A stretch of DNA of 64,000 bases. Origin: an uncultured Bacteroidota bacterium (GTDB lineage Bacteria; Bacteroidota; Ignavibacteria; Kryptoniales; JAKASW01). The stretch is from the NCBI GenBank assembly GCA_963768145.1, contig CAVYHK010000031.1, positions 8,187 through 72,186 on the forward strand, read 5' to 3'. The notes under the pieces are model-generated. The model was given only the letters and a program-made list of their open reading frames with translations. It was not told the origin of the DNA and searched no databases. The translations under genes and the position numbers were made by a program. This document shows, piece after piece, positions 38,058 through 49,419 of this stretch (position 1 is its first letter; each line of letters starts with the position of its first letter).

Positions 38058-39364
38058 CTCCGTCGTCTCTTGCAGGGCATGCTGTCGAGCTTATCGACAA
38101 GATTGTGAAAGCAGATCTTCCAGCCGACAAAGTTGTTGCCGATTTCTATAGGTCAAGAAGATATTTGGGGTCGCACGACCGCCGGTGGATAACCGAAAAA
38201 GTCTACGGAATCATCAGGAATTTTCTGCTTCTCAAGGAAATAGGAGCAGCCTGCTCTTCCGATTCCAAGGCATTGGTTATTTTCCTGCTCCATGAAATCC
38301 TGATTGCTGGCATGAAACCGGAGGAAATCCGCGGCGTTTATACTGATCTTCTTGATATGTATAAACTTGCAGGCCTCAAGATCGACCTGGAAGAGTCGTC
38401 GACTTGTTGCGAAAGGAAAATGACGGAGCTGAAGGCAAGCAACAACGAGCTTGTCTTGAATTCGTTTCCGGATTTCTTCTGTGACCTCTTGCCGTCAAGT
38501 GTGAGAAGCGAATGCGTTCCGATAATGAAAGCTTTGAACCGTGAAGCACATGTTTGTGTTCGTGTTGACACAACGAGAATTTCTCGGGAAGCAGTCGTAG
38601 ATTCATTTCGAAAAATAGGGATAGAAGCTTCAGTGTCAGGCATCTCTCCGCTTGGGATCTATCTATCGAAGCGAGTGAATCTGAACAACGTTGAGCTTTA
38701 CAGAAATGGGTTCGTAGAAGTTCAGGAAGAAGCGAGTCAGTTGGTTGGATTGATAGTCGACCCACAGAAAGATGAGATTGTGGTCGATGCATGCGCCGGC
38801 GCAGGGGGAAAGAGTCTCGAATTCGCCTCGCTGTCGGGGGGACTATCGAAAATTTATTCCCTCGACATCGATAAGGAACGGCTCGACAATTTGAGAATAA
38901 GGTCGGAAAGGGGCGGGCATAAAGAGATATCTCCAAGATTCGTTTCGAACGATAGTTTTCAAGGGATTGAAGAGCTTGTTGCCGCCGCGGACAAGGTTGT
39001 TATCGATGCGCCCTGCACGGGAAGCGGCACTATCCGGCGGAACCCGGACAAGAAATTCCGGTTGACGAAATCGTCAGTCGAAAAGAAATCTAGTTATCAA
39101 AAGAATTTGTTGAGCCATTATTCGCAGCTTACCAGAGTCGGTGGATTCTTATACTACGCCACGTGCAGCATTTTTGAGGAAGAGAATCAGTCGGTGGTAA
39201 AGCAATTCATGGATTCAAATCCGCAATTCCAGTTTGTCGACGTGTCGCAGTTTCTCATTGGGCCGAGATACTCTGACTTGATCGAAGATGGTTTCCTCAC
39301 GATTTATCCGCACCGGGCCGAGACGGATGGGTTTTTTGTGGCGGTCATGAAAAGGATGAGTTAG
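38054..39364 (+). CDS. rsmB: RsmB/NOP family RNA m5C methyltransferase
   Basis: LGSHDRR, VQEEASQ, DACAGAGGKS, DAPCTGSG, YATCS...EEN. Confidence 0.9.
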   Translation: MTPSSLAGHAVELIDKIVKADLPADKVVADFYRSRRYLGSHDRRWITEKVYGIIRNFLLLKEIGAACSSDSKALVIFLLHEILIAGMKPEEIRGVYTDLLDMYKLAGLKIDLEESSTCCERKMTELKASNNELVLNSFPDFFCDLLPSSVRSECVPIMKALNREAHVCVRVDTTRISREAVVDSFRKIGIEASVSGISPLGIYLSKRVNLNNVELYRNGFVEVQEEASQLVGLIVDPQKDEIVVDACAGAGGKSLEFASLSGGLSKIYSLDIDKERLDNLRIRSERGGHKEISPRFVSNDSFQGIEELVAAADKVVIDAPCTGSGTIRRNPDKKFRLTKSSVEKKSSYQKNLLSHYSQLTRVGGFLYYATCSIFEEENQSVVKQFMDSNPQFQFVDVSQFLIGPRYSDLIEDGFLTIYPHRAETDGFFVAVMKRMS

Positions 39365-39401
39365 CAGTCCGGCTTGTCGATGGATGAGTCCGATTACTCA
39401 C

Positions 39402-40592
39402 TCATCCGAGCGTCTTTCGCTTTCCTATCCGTGCCACTATCTTTGCAAAGGCTTCAGCGGCAATCAATATTTCCTCTTCTGTCGTGAACCTACCGAATGA
39501 AAATCTTACCGTTGCCATGGTGGTCTTGTCGTCTCTTCCGAGTGACTTGATGACGTGAGAGGGCTGGAGGCTTCCGGAGCTGCATGCCGATCCGCTTGCG
39601 ACTGCGATGCCTTCGAGGTCCATATTTATTATTATGGCTTCGCCATCAATATCAACCTTGCTGCTGTCAATTGACACGCTGAGAATATTGGGCAGTGAAT
39701 TTTCTTCTGGGGAGTTGAATATGGCACCCGGGACGCCGGTTGATATATTATCTCGCAGGATCGCCTTGAGTTTCGAGAGTCGAATTTTCTCCGGCCCGCC
39801 TGAAGGATTGCCGGAGACAAATTCTTCGGCGCAAAGCTCTGCTGCTTTGGCAAAACCAACCGCAAGTGGAATGCTCTCCGTGCCGGGACGACGATTTCTT
39901 TCTTGTGATCCACCTTGAAACATCGGCTCGAAATCATTTCCATTCTTGAGATAAAGCGCGCCTATCCCTTTTGGGCCGTAAATCTTGTGTGCTGCGAACG
40001 AGGCGAGATCGACGCCCAGTTCCGTTACATAGAATCTTGTCTTGCAGAAAGACTGGACTGCGTCGGTATGAAAAAGAGCTCCTTTGTCGTGCGCGACTCT
40101 TGTCAGGTCCGGCAGATTTTGAATTGTCCCTATTTCATTGTTTGCATGGATAATGCTCACCAGGAAAGTCTTGTGAGTAATGGCGCGTTCTAAATCATTC
40201 GCAGACACAAAGCCTCTCGAATCCACCGGAAGAGTGGTCACTTCGAAACCATTCTTTCTTAATCGTTCAGCCGCATGAAAAATAGCGTGATGCTCGATCG
40301 AAGAAATGATAAGATGCTTCTTCTGTGAAGATGAGAATTTTGCTGCAATGCCGAACAATGCTGAATTGTCGGATTCTGTGCCGCCACTGGTGAAAAAGAA
40401 CTCCGATTCGCGAGCACCGATGAGATTTGCCAGTTTGGTCCGGCTGTTTTCGATGGCGGCTTTTGCCTCTCTTCCGTACCCGTGGATGCTAGATGCGTTT
40501 CCAAATATTTCCGAGAAATATGGAGCCATTGCATCGACAACCCGGCTGTCCGTTGGGGTTGTAGCTGCGTAATCGAGGTAGATTCTTCTCAT
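39402..40592 (-). CDS. iscS: Cysteine desulfurase (IscS/NifS family)
   Basis: YLDYAATTP, TSGGTE, HTDAVQ, AHKIYGPKG, SGSACSS. Confidence 0.95.
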   Translation of the reverse strand: MRRIYLDYAATTPTDSRVVDAMAPYFSEIFGNASSIHGYGREAKAAIENSRTKLANLIGARESEFFFTSGGTESDNSALFGIAAKFSSSQKKHLIISSIEHHAIFHAAERLRKNGFEVTTLPVDSRGFVSANDLERAITHKTFLVSIIHANNEIGTIQNLPDLTRVAHDKGALFHTDAVQSFCKTRFYVTELGVDLASFAAHKIYGPKGIGALYLKNGNDFEPMFQGGSQERNRRPGTESIPLAVGFAKAAELCAEEFVSGNPSGGPEKIRLSKLKAILRDNISTGVPGAIFNSPEENSLPNILSVSIDSSKVDIDGEAIIINMDLEGIAVASGSACSSGSLQPSHVIKSLGRDDKTTMATVRFSFGRFTTEEEILIAAEAFAKIVARIGKRKTLG

Positions 40593-40731
40593 TTGCGCAT
40601 TCTCTCGTTGATCATCTTCTGAAATATAAAACCGTTCAGGTTAAGATTTAGTTCTTCAGCACGTTCGCCACGGTTCCGTTGCGAATTTTTCCGAGATTGC
40701 CTATTTCACAAACCACGCCGTCCAAAAACAG

Positions 40732-40875
40732 AACCACGAATGACACGAATAGAAACCATGAAACTATGGATGCCACGCCTGCGTGCTGAAGCGCCCTTCG
40801 GCGCGCAAGCACGAATAGAACATTTTAGTGAAATTCGCTTTAAAAGATTAGAAACTATTCGTGCGATTCGTGTTT
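40732..40875. repeat. REP-like cacgaat/attcgtg repeats
   Basis: ccacgaatgacacgaatag, gcacgaatag and inverted attcgtgcgattcgtg in the iscS-rplU spacer. Confidence 0.55.
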
Positions 40876-40927
40876 GAAAATCTCTTTCTCGCCGGTTTGT
40901 CAAACATATAATCACCAATTTTTCTAA

Positions 40928-40956
40928 TTGAAGTTTAGGCGAAATTGCACTAAATT
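40928..40956 (+). promoter_or_regulatory. sigma70-like promoter of rplU-rpmA
   Basis: TTGAAG-N17-TAAATT followed by ggagg RBS. Confidence 0.6.
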
Positions 40957-40978
40957 AGTGTCTAATTTTGGAGGTTAA

Positions 40979-41296
40979 ATGTTAGCCGTTGTTGAAATAG
41001 CCGGTAAACAATTCAAGGTTGCTGAGAACGTCACCGTCAAAGTCCCCAAGCTGAAAGCAAAAGTGGGAGACAAAGTGAAGCTCGACAAGATCCTGCTCGT
41101 TGAAGACGATAAGGCAAAATCGGTGGGCAACTCTTATGTAAAAGGGGCGATAGTCGAGGCCACCGTGGTCAACCACGACAGAGAACGCAAGATCCTTGTC
41201 TTCCGAAAGAAAGCAAAGAAGAACTTCAAAGTGAAGAAAGGCCACCGGCAAGAGTTCACAACAATCCATATTGACAGTATAACACAATCCCACTGA
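40979..41296 (+). CDS. rplU: 50S ribosomal protein L21
   Basis: AVVEIAGKQFKV...GHRQEFT. Confidence 0.98.
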   Translation: MLAVVEIAGKQFKVAENVTVKVPKLKAKVGDKVKLDKILLVEDDKAKSVGNSYVKGAIVEATVVNHDRERKILVFRKKAKKNFKVKKGHRQEFTTIHIDSITQSH

Positions 41297-41320
41297 CGGG
41301 ATCGACAAGAGGAGATTTTC

Positions 41321-41590
41321 ATGGCACATAAAAAAGGTGGCGGAAGTTCTCGAAACGGCCGCAACAGCAACTCCCAGCGACTTGGGGTCAAGGCATTCGG
41401 CGGAGAAAGAGTTACCGCGGGAAGCATAATCGTCCGGCAGCGCGGGACGAAAGTTATGCCCGGGGAAAACATCGGCGTAGGAAAAGATGATAGCCTGTTT
41501 GCGCTGAGAGATGGGGTCGTAAAATTTGAAACCTTTAGAAGAGTGCGAAAAAAAGTCAGCATTGTTCCTCAGACTGCCGGCACAGACTAA
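41321..41590 (+). CDS. rpmA: 50S ribosomal protein L27
   Basis: [14 protein letters not shown]...RQRGT. Confidence 0.99.
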   Translation: MAHKKGGGSSRNGRNSNSQRLGVKAFGGERVTAGSIIVRQRGTKVMPGENIGVGKDDSLFALRDGVVKFETFRRVRKKVSIVPQTAGTD

Positions 41591-42557
<967 letters not shown>

Positions 42558-42638
42558 TATTGCCCGAAACTGTTTAAACTGAAGCATCCGGAGAGCCCTT
42601 CCGCGGAGCCTTGACAGGGTCGGATGTCTACTCTCGCT

Positions 42639-43067
42639 TCAGGATTTATTTTCCCCAACTTTCATTTGCAGGATAATCTTTGTCCCCTTTGAGTTGAAGT
42701 CAAAGCTGACGCTGTCCATCAGCGATTTCATAATATGGATTCCTCTCCCGCTCGGCTTCAGCAGATTCTCAGGCAATAGCGGATCCGGAAGATCCTTCGG
42801 ATCGAATCCCCCTCCTTCATCCTGCACTTCCAGGGTTATCTTGTGATCATCATAATCTATGTTGAGCACCACCTTTTTCATCGGATCGTTCTTGTTTCCA
42901 TGTACCACCGCATTGTTCATAGCCTCACTTGCGGCGACCAGGAGATTATGTTCTTGCGACCCTTCAAGGTCAAGCTTGTCGAGAACTGATTTTAGTTTGT
43001 GCTCAGCGGATAGAATCGATGACTCTTTGCTGCTGAGGACTATATGTTCATGTAATTCTGGCATCAT
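42639..43067 (-). CDS. RsbW-like anti-sigma factor / HATPase_c protein
   Basis: SEAMNNAVVHGN, DEGGGFD, SGRGIHIM. Confidence 0.9.
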   Translation of the reverse strand: MMPELHEHIVLSSKESSILSAEHKLKSVLDKLDLEGSQEHNLLVAASEAMNNAVVHGNKNDPMKKVVLNIDYDDHKITLEVQDEGGGFDPKDLPDPLLPENLLKPSGRGIHIMKSLMDSVSFDFNSKGTKIILQMKVGENKS

Positions 43068-44950
43068 ATATTATACTTCACACTCAATTGAAAATTAGGA
43101 TAGATTATCGGGTTTTGCAATGTTTGCCATGAGATTTGGTACCAACCTGTTATCAGCAATTGAAGATGAGACAAGTTTAGCGATAGGAAAGTAGTCGGTC
43201 CGGAATTCGTTTGTTCGGAGGCGAAATATCTTGTTGTGGCGGAGGCGTAATTGTATTGAGCCAGTGCAAAATATTTATAGCCGATACCGCAGCGATAGAT
43301 TTCGGAGGAATAGTAGAATGAAAGCCAGATCGTCTTATCGACAAAATAGTTGAGTGGATACTCCGAAAAACTTGACCAATAGAGTTCACCTCTAGTGTAT
43401 AATTTGAGATCGCCGAAAACAAAAGCCGAGATCTTAGAAGACAATTTCATTACCGTTGAATCCAGGAATGAAGCCTGTCTAAAAGAATAAGAATGAACCA
43501 GAGAAAAAGCTTCAAAGTCATAGACCGTATAGTTTGCTAAGACTTCAAATCGGTTGAAAGAATTGATTCTTGAGTCGGAGAAAATGATGGTGGGGAACAG
43601 TCTGTAGATGAAATTCCTGTTATTGTTTGCGCTTCGCTGTGATTCGATGTACACGATGTGGATGAGGTCTGCTTCTACTCCTACACCGCCCTGGAAGAAG
43701 GGGCTGAATTGTCGGTTGACATTGAGAGCGAGCGTGTTGCTAAGCTCGTCGCGGTCGTCAAAGTTGAGGTCGCTCGGCGTGTCGTAGCGGAGAAGGGAGG
43801 CTAATCCGGTCAGGCCTACTGATGTATTCCCGAGCCGTAAATGGATCTCTCCGGCAAGCGTGTTTCTCGTGCCCAAACTGTTAAGCTGGAGCTGTTGCGA
43901 GATCTGTGCCTGGGTGAATGAATTGAGCGTGTCGTAATTGATTACCGCGTGTGTTTCGTTTCTCTCGGAATGTACCATGCTAATGGACAGGGTGTTTTCG
44001 TCTATTTCCGTCAGCAATTGGCCGGATAAGTCGAAATTAAGAACTTTGATCCTTGTGTCGTACAAAATGTTTGCAGGATCGTTTCTGGGTTTATAACGAT
44101 TCGTAAAATTAATTTGGGTCTGGCTAACGCTGTCACGAGTGATAAACTGAAAAAATAAAATTGGCATGGTGAAGCCGGCGGAAAACGAGCTTTGATTCGC
44201 CGATCTATCTTCAATATTATCTGCGACTCCGAAAATGCTTTTCACGGCAGAATCTGCGCCGAAATAGAATGCTCTTAATTGTGACAAGTAAGACCCGTTG
44301 AAATTCACGGAGGACTGTGGCGAAAACCTCTGAGAGTAGTTTACACTTGCGGCTCTGTCGTAGTTTCGCCGTGGGAAGATCTGCTCATCTTCAAGAGTGA
44401 CTGAGGGGATAAGCCGGCTCCCGTCGAGCGGTGATATTGGAATCACACCATGAACGGCGTAGTCCAATCCAATGTCATCAATTCCACCCTGTCGGTCCCA
44501 TTTGTTGCCAATTTCGCCCATGACCGTGTCCAAAGACGTCGAGTAGGAAAGTCCTCCCATCACAGAAGACGCGCCGACAGAATTCAGGCCGATCTGTCTG
44601 TTGTCACTGACAAAATTGGATTGCATTTCAGCAGTGCCGTAGATATTGGCGCCAACTGCCCGTCTCATTTCTCCATCGAGATTCTGTTCGTCCCGGATCA
44701 GATTTTGTGACCCCTTTATCAATACCGAGTGAAAACTCTCGTTGATTCCGATCGTTCCTAATTTGGTATTATCGTTCAAGCCGGTGATTCCGTACCAGTC
44801 CATTGTATTTAGATTACGATCGAATGCAGTCATGACTGAATTGCTGTCGGCAGGTATGCTGGGATCTTGAGACTGTGCCGATATTGTAGAACTGAAAATG
44901 GACATGACGACGATGATGAGGGAGCTAGATTTTGTTTTCAAAAAAGGCAT
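43064..44950 (-). CDS. Hypothetical exported protein, probable outer-membrane beta-barrel
   Basis: Signal peptide, alternating beta-strand pattern, C-terminal FQLSVKYNI; overlaps both neighbours. Confidence 0.7.
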   Translation of the reverse strand: MPFLKTKSSSLIIVVMSIFSSTISAQSQDPSIPADSNSVMTAFDRNLNTMDWYGITGLNDNTKLGTIGINESFHSVLIKGSQNLIRDEQNLDGEMRRAVGANIYGTAEMQSNFVSDNRQIGLNSVGASSVMGGLSYSTSLDTVMGEIGNKWDRQGGIDDIGLDYAVHGVIPISPLDGSRLIPSVTLEDEQIFPRRNYDRAASVNYSQRFSPQSSVNFNGSYLSQLRAFYFGADSAVKSIFGVADNIEDRSANQSSFSAGFTMPILFFQFITRDSVSQTQINFTNRYKPRNDPANILYDTRIKVLNFDLSGQLLTEIDENTLSISMVHSERNETHAVINYDTLNSFTQAQISQQLQLNSLGTRNTLAGEIHLRLGNTSVGLTGLASLLRYDTPSDLNFDDRDELSNTLALNVNRQFSPFFQGGVGVEADLIHIVYIESQRSANNNRNFIYRLFPTIIFSDSRINSFNRFEVLANYTVYDFEAFSLVHSYSFRQASFLDSTVMKLSSKISAFVFGDLKLYTRGELYWSSFSEYPLNYFVDKTIWLSFYYSSEIYRCGIGYKYFALAQYNYASATTRYFASEQTNSGPTTFLSLNLSHLQLLITGWYQISWQTLQNPIIYPNFQLSVKYNI

Positions 44951-45707
44951 CCACCAAATGATTTTGCATGTCCACCTGTTTCATGAAAACGTCTTCTAAG
45001 AAACCTCGTTTGGCGTTGAAATCGGCGCTTGCAAATTCTCCGACAATCCGGCCTCTGTCGATGAAGCAGGCATTGTCGCAAACACTTTCGACAATGTCAA
45101 GCAAGTGAGAGCTGTAAAACACAGTTCCGCCATGGGCAGTGAATGATTTGATGAGTCGTTTCAGGCTGACGACCGCCTGGACATCTAGACCATCGGTCGG
45201 TTCGTCCAGGACGAGAATCTTTGGATTGAAAATAAGAGCGAGGCTTATGACAATTTTTTGCTTTGTTCCTTTCGAGAGATTCTGTATCGGTTTCTTTAGA
45301 TACTCCCCGAAGGAAAATATCTCGGAAAGGGCTTCGAGTTTTGTAAGGGCCTCTTTTTTGTCGGCTCCTCTCAAGAGGGTTGCCATTGTAATAGTTTCGG
45401 TCGGTGTCATGGACTCATAGAGTCTCGCCGATTCAGGGACGTAACCGATCTCAGATTTCGAGATTCGCACCGTGGATCGCGAATCTTCAGTTTTGCCGTT
45501 AGAGATTATAGTTTCTGAATTGGAAGATACGTCGACTTCACCGGAATCGGGCCGCTCGAGTCCGACGATAATCTTAGCGGTTGTGGTCTTACCGGCACCG
45601 TTTGGTCCGATGTAACCACATGCGGTGCCGCTGTCGATGCGAAATGAAACCGAATCGATGGCGGTTTTGCCGAAATATTCCTTGCTTACTTTTCTAAATT
45701 CAATCAC
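44925..45707 (-). CDS. ABC transporter ATP-binding protein (ABC-2 type)
   Basis: GPNGAGKTT, LSKGTKQK, LDEPTDGLD, YSSH. Confidence 0.93.
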   Translation of the reverse strand: MIEFRKVSKEYFGKTAIDSVSFRIDSGTACGYIGPNGAGKTTTAKIIVGLERPDSGEVDVSSNSETIISNGKTEDSRSTVRISKSEIGYVPESARLYESMTPTETITMATLLRGADKKEALTKLEALSEIFSFGEYLKKPIQNLSKGTKQKIVISLALIFNPKILVLDEPTDGLDVQAVVSLKRLIKSFTAHGGTVFYSSHLLDIVESVCDNACFIDRGRIVGEFASADFNAKRGFLEDVFMKQVDMQNHLVDAFFENKI

Positions 45708-46726
45708 TGAGTGAGCGTAAAACTATAAGCGTTGCTGACTGAATTAGGTGTATTGGGATCTAAGGTTGTCGCAGCAACGTGCCAAAAATATAATTGATTC
45801 GGATTCAACAATGAACCCGATAATAGTAAAGAATCTTGATTGCCAGGAAGGCTCGTCGTGTAGACATCACTGCCGTTTGAAGATGCGGAGATATAAAAGA
45901 TATAGGCATTAGCACCGGTGACGTTACCGAATGTGAATACCAGATCATTTCCCGCGTCCAGTATCGAATTGTCGGCAGGAGAAACAAGCTCCGGGCGATC
46001 CAATATTTGGTCACTTGCAGAAGCTGAAGGTTGACTTCTCCAATGATCATAATCGAATGCGATTATTCTGTAATAATAACTCCGGTCAAGACTGAGGCCT
46101 ATGGAATCGCGATATGCATTTGTCTTACTTGCTGCAACGAGATTAGTGAAGTGTGTCGTGTCCGGGGCAAATGCAGCCGTTGAATCCCTGTAGATCTCAT
46201 AACCTCCTATGTCGCCGTCGGGATTCGCAGACCAAATCACTGTCATGTACTTTCCAGAGTTGTCGTTATGTCCTCCGACGATCAAACCTGTTGGAATTTG
46301 GGGATGATATCGGTTGATCGGTTCGGCGGAGACAATATTGCTGGGTGTACTCTCGCTGTCGTTGAAATAAACTGCGGTCACCTGGAAACAATAGGTGGAG
46401 TCGTAGCTCAGACTGTCGATGAAGAAAAAGTTGTCAGAGGTCTCCGTGACGAGATGGAGACTCTTGCTATTTGTGCCAAAGTAGACGTTATAATAAAAGA
46501 AACCGACCGCGGAGACTGGCTGCCAGTAAATGTCTATTGAAGCATCGCTTGCAACATAAACCGATAAGCCTGTTGGAGGGACAATAATGAAACTGTCTTC
46601 CGCCGTCGGGATAGAAGAAATTTTCTGGCAGCCGGAGAAAATGAAAAATGAGAACAAAACGAGAAGAAAAATGTTCCTTCCAGCAGGGGGGAGATATGAA
46701 CTCTTTCTGGGGATCCTTATTTGCAT
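45704..46726 (-). CDS. Fibronectin type III repeat lipoprotein
   Basis: Lipobox FSGC; PPTGL...YNVY...FQVTAV...ESTPS FN3 repeats. Confidence 0.85.
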   Translation of the reverse strand: MQIRIPRKSSYLPPAGRNIFLLVLFSFFIFSGCQKISSIPTAEDSFIIVPPTGLSVYVASDASIDIYWQPVSAVGFFYYNVYFGTNSKSLHLVTETSDNFFFIDSLSYDSTYCFQVTAVYFNDSESTPSNIVSAEPINRYHPQIPTGLIVGGHNDNSGKYMTVIWSANPDGDIGGYEIYRDSTAAFAPDTTHFTNLVAASKTNAYRDSIGLSLDRSYYYRIIAFDYDHWRSQPSASASDQILDRPELVSPADNSILDAGNDLVFTFGNVTGANAYIFYISASSNGSDVYTTSLPGNQDSLLLSGSLLNPNQLYFWHVAATTLDPNTPNSVSNAYSFTLTQ

Positions 46727-46769
46727 CCTTAAAACTTGTATAGAAATCCTTTCTTAAGCAATACTTGTA

Positions 46770-46793
46770 GTAGGTCGGATTGTCAATCCTGTA
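46770..46793. repeat. GTAG-type REP at the 3' end of the RAYT gene
   Basis: GTAGgtcggattgtcaatcctgta, an imperfect hairpin overlapping the stop codon. Confidence 0.55.
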
Positions 46794-47907
46794 AGATTCC
46801 CGGTTTCACGTACGTCCACGGCCACTTCTCCCACGAATCGACAAGGTGTGCTTTGACCGGATTATTCAGCACGTACCAGATTGCTCTTTCTAGTTCACGG
46901 TCGTTACGAATAACATGGTCGTAACTCTCGTTCTGCCAGAAAGGACCTGAACGGTGAAGCATTTTATTTATTCTTCGCGCTGTATATTTCTTGAGGGAGC
47001 CTAACATATTCGAAACAACGTACGATGGGATGCCTGTCCCGTCGACCTGTGTTGCGTCCGATGGGACGCCTGTCCCGTCGACTTGTGTTACGTCCGATGG
47101 GACGCTTGTCCCGTCGACCTGCGTTATGTCCGATGGGACGCTTGTCCCGTCGACCTGTGTTACGTCCGACGGGACACCTGTCCCGTCGACCTGTGTTCCG
47201 TCCGACGAAGCGCCTGTCCCGTCGACCTGTGTTGCGTCCGATGGGACGCCTGTCCCGTCGACTTGTGTTACGTCCGATGGGACGCTTGTCCCGTCGACCT
47301 GTGTTACGTCCGACGAAGCGCCTGTCCCGTCGACTTGTGTTACGTCCGATGGGACGCCTGTCCCGTCGACTTGTGTTACGTCCGATGGGACGCTTGTCCC
47401 GTCGACTTGTGTTGCGTCTGATGGGACGCCTGTCCCGTCGACTTGTGTTGCGTCTGATGGGACGCCTGTCCCGTCGACTTGTGCTATGTCCGATGGGACG
47501 CCTGTCCCGTCGGCCTGACGAACGAGAGAAAAAATCATGTGTACGTGATTCGGCATGATGGTGAACGCACACAGATCGTATTCCTCCGGGTCGCGATGCA
47601 AAATCGCCTCATTAACGATTGAAGCCGCTTCTTCCTTTCGCAGCCAGTGCGGCCCACGGCAACGTCCATCAAGTAAAGCCTCATATTTCTCGAATATTTT
47701 CCAACGAATATTTTTCAGCAGTTCCTTTCGCCTATCCGGCTGTTCGATGTTCGCAAGCTGCTTTTCCATCTTGCATCTTTCTTCTCTCAAATCTTCGACG
47801 GCATTTCTTGGCAATGACCCATCAAGCCGGAATACGACATGGTATGTTGCCCCCTCCGGTTGCCAATGTGGCAGATGTCGATGGTAATATACTTTTGGTT
47901 CACCCAC
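46783..47907 (-). mobile_element. REP-associated tyrosine transposase (RAYT, Y1 HUH) with in-frame repeat insertion
   Basis: YYHRHLPHWQ...YHVVFRL, HUH MPNHVH, FWQNESYDHVIR, catalytic YVLNNPVKA. Confidence 0.92.
47020..47517. repeat. 14 tandem 36-bp units, each containing a 9-bp-stem hairpin
   Basis: Unit gtccgatgggacgcctgtcccgtcgacttgtgttac; translates on the minus strand as QVDGTGVPSDxT x14. Confidence 0.97.
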
Positions 47908-47952
47908 CTCTTTGTCCGTGAGTCCGAATGATATGACGATATACCGCCTATC

Positions 47953-49350
47953 CTAAATGTTAAATACGTCTCCTCTCTTGGGAGAAGCGATGTTTTTGTA
48001 GCCAGCCTGAGAAAGCGACTGCGTAAATGCTTCTTGTTCCGGAACTTCGCCGTGCACGAGGAAAATATTTTGAAGTCTCTTCTTATCCAATTGGCTTGTA
48101 AACTCCATCAGATCATTGTGGTCTGCGTGGGCGGAGAAGGATTGCATCTCGACCACTTCCGCCTTCAATGGATACTCGTCGCCAAATATTTTTATGACAG
48201 GTTGATGCTCCAGTATGCGTCTTCCGAGAGTGTCTTGCGCCTGATAACCGACAATCAGAATTGTGTTTTTGGGATCGTTTACATTGTTCGCGAGGTGGTG
48301 GAGTATTCTGCCGCTTTCGCACATACCTGAAGCTGAAATGATAACAATCGGCTCATGGATATCATTGAGCTTCTTCGAATCTTCGACTGTCCGAATGTAA
48401 TTTATGTACTCAAATCCGAACGGGTCCTCGTGATTCAGAACTATCTTGAAAATTTCCTTATTGAAACATTCTGGGTGAAGTCTGAAGACCTCGGTTGCGT
48501 TGACTGAAAGCGGGCTGTCAACGAAAACAGGAATTCGAGGGAGAGTTTTGTTTTCAAATAGGCGATGGAGCGTATAGGTAATCTCCTGAGTTCTTTCCAC
48601 GCTGAATGCGGGAATAATTACTTTTCCTCCGCGCTTAATTGTTCTCAAAATGACTTCAGCCAATTTGCTTTCCATTCCCTGTATCGGCTCGTGAAGTTTT
48701 CCGCCGTATGTGCTTTCAATTATCAGCAGATCGGCATCCTGAACCGGTTCGGGATTTCTTAAGATGGGCAGTCCCTTGCGTCCAAGGTCCCCCGTAAACA
48801 GAACGATTTTTTCCTTGCCATCTTCGTTAATCTGCAGTTGTACCAGTGCGCTGCCAAGTATATGTCCGGCATCGAGGAAAGTGAGTTTCACTCCGTCGGC
48901 AACAACTGTCTCTCTGTGGTAGGAAACAGAAACGAAGAGCGGCATTACTGCCAGGGCATCTTCGGTATTGTATATCGGCTCGATAGGAGGCTCATGCTTC
49001 TGAGCAAGTTTCTTATTCAAGAAAGCCGCATCTTGTTCCTGAATCTTTCCGCTATCGGCGAGCATGATTCCGGCTAGATCGCGAGTCGCAGGTGTCGTGT
49101 AAATCGGTCCTGAATAGCCTTGCTTGACGAGGTTCGGAAGATTGCCGCTGTGGTCGATGTGAGCGTGAGAAAGAACCAGCGCATCGATTTCGGCGGGATG
49201 AAAGAACTCAAAATTCTTGTTTATTCTTGTGCTCTCGGCTCGTTTCCCCTGGTAGAAACCGCATTCGAGGAGGATCTTCTTGCCGTTGACCTGGAGAAAA
49301 TGCATTGAACCGGTGACTGTCTGTGCCGCACCTATGAATTGTATTTTCAT
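47953..49350 (-). CDS. MBL-fold beta-CASP RNA-processing metallo-hydrolase
   Basis: TVTGS, SHAHIDHSG, AGHILGS, ESTYG, SASGMCESGR, FSAHAD, VHGE. Confidence 0.95.
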   Translation of the reverse strand: MKIQFIGAAQTVTGSMHFLQVNGKKILLECGFYQGKRAESTRINKNFEFFHPAEIDALVLSHAHIDHSGNLPNLVKQGYSGPIYTTPATRDLAGIMLADSGKIQEQDAAFLNKKLAQKHEPPIEPIYNTEDALAVMPLFVSVSYHRETVVADGVKLTFLDAGHILGSALVQLQINEDGKEKIVLFTGDLGRKGLPILRNPEPVQDADLLIIESTYGGKLHEPIQGMESKLAEVILRTIKRGGKVIIPAFSVERTQEITYTLHRLFENKTLPRIPVFVDSPLSVNATEVFRLHPECFNKEIFKIVLNHEDPFGFEYINYIRTVEDSKKLNDIHEPIVIISASGMCESGRILHHLANNVNDPKNTILIVGYQAQDTLGRRILEHQPVIKIFGDEYPLKAEVVEMQSFSAHADHNDLMEFTSQLDKKRLQNIFLVHGEVPEQEAFTQSLSQAGYKNIASPKRGDVFNI

Positions 49351-49375
49351 TTTAGTATCCGATTAAATTTGAACA

Positions 49376-49404
49376 AATATATTTTACCATGGTTAGTGAT
49401 TCAA
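49376..49404 (-). promoter_or_regulatory. sigma70-like promoter for the beta-CASP gene
   Basis: Minus strand TTGAAT-N17-TATATT. Confidence 0.55.
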
Positions 49405-49419
49405 GGTTAAGATGGATAA

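Noticed and set aside
47020-47517. CRISPR array (36-bp periodic palindromic repeats)
   Set aside because: Units are directly tandem with only ~9 near-constant bases between hairpins; there are no unique spacers or cas genes, and the array is in-frame within a transposase.
46964-47572. Alternative-frame ORFs over the tandem repeat (46964, 46991, 47025, 47083)
   Set aside because: They are open only because the 36-bp unit lacks stop codons; only the 46783-47907 frame has protein motifs on both sides.
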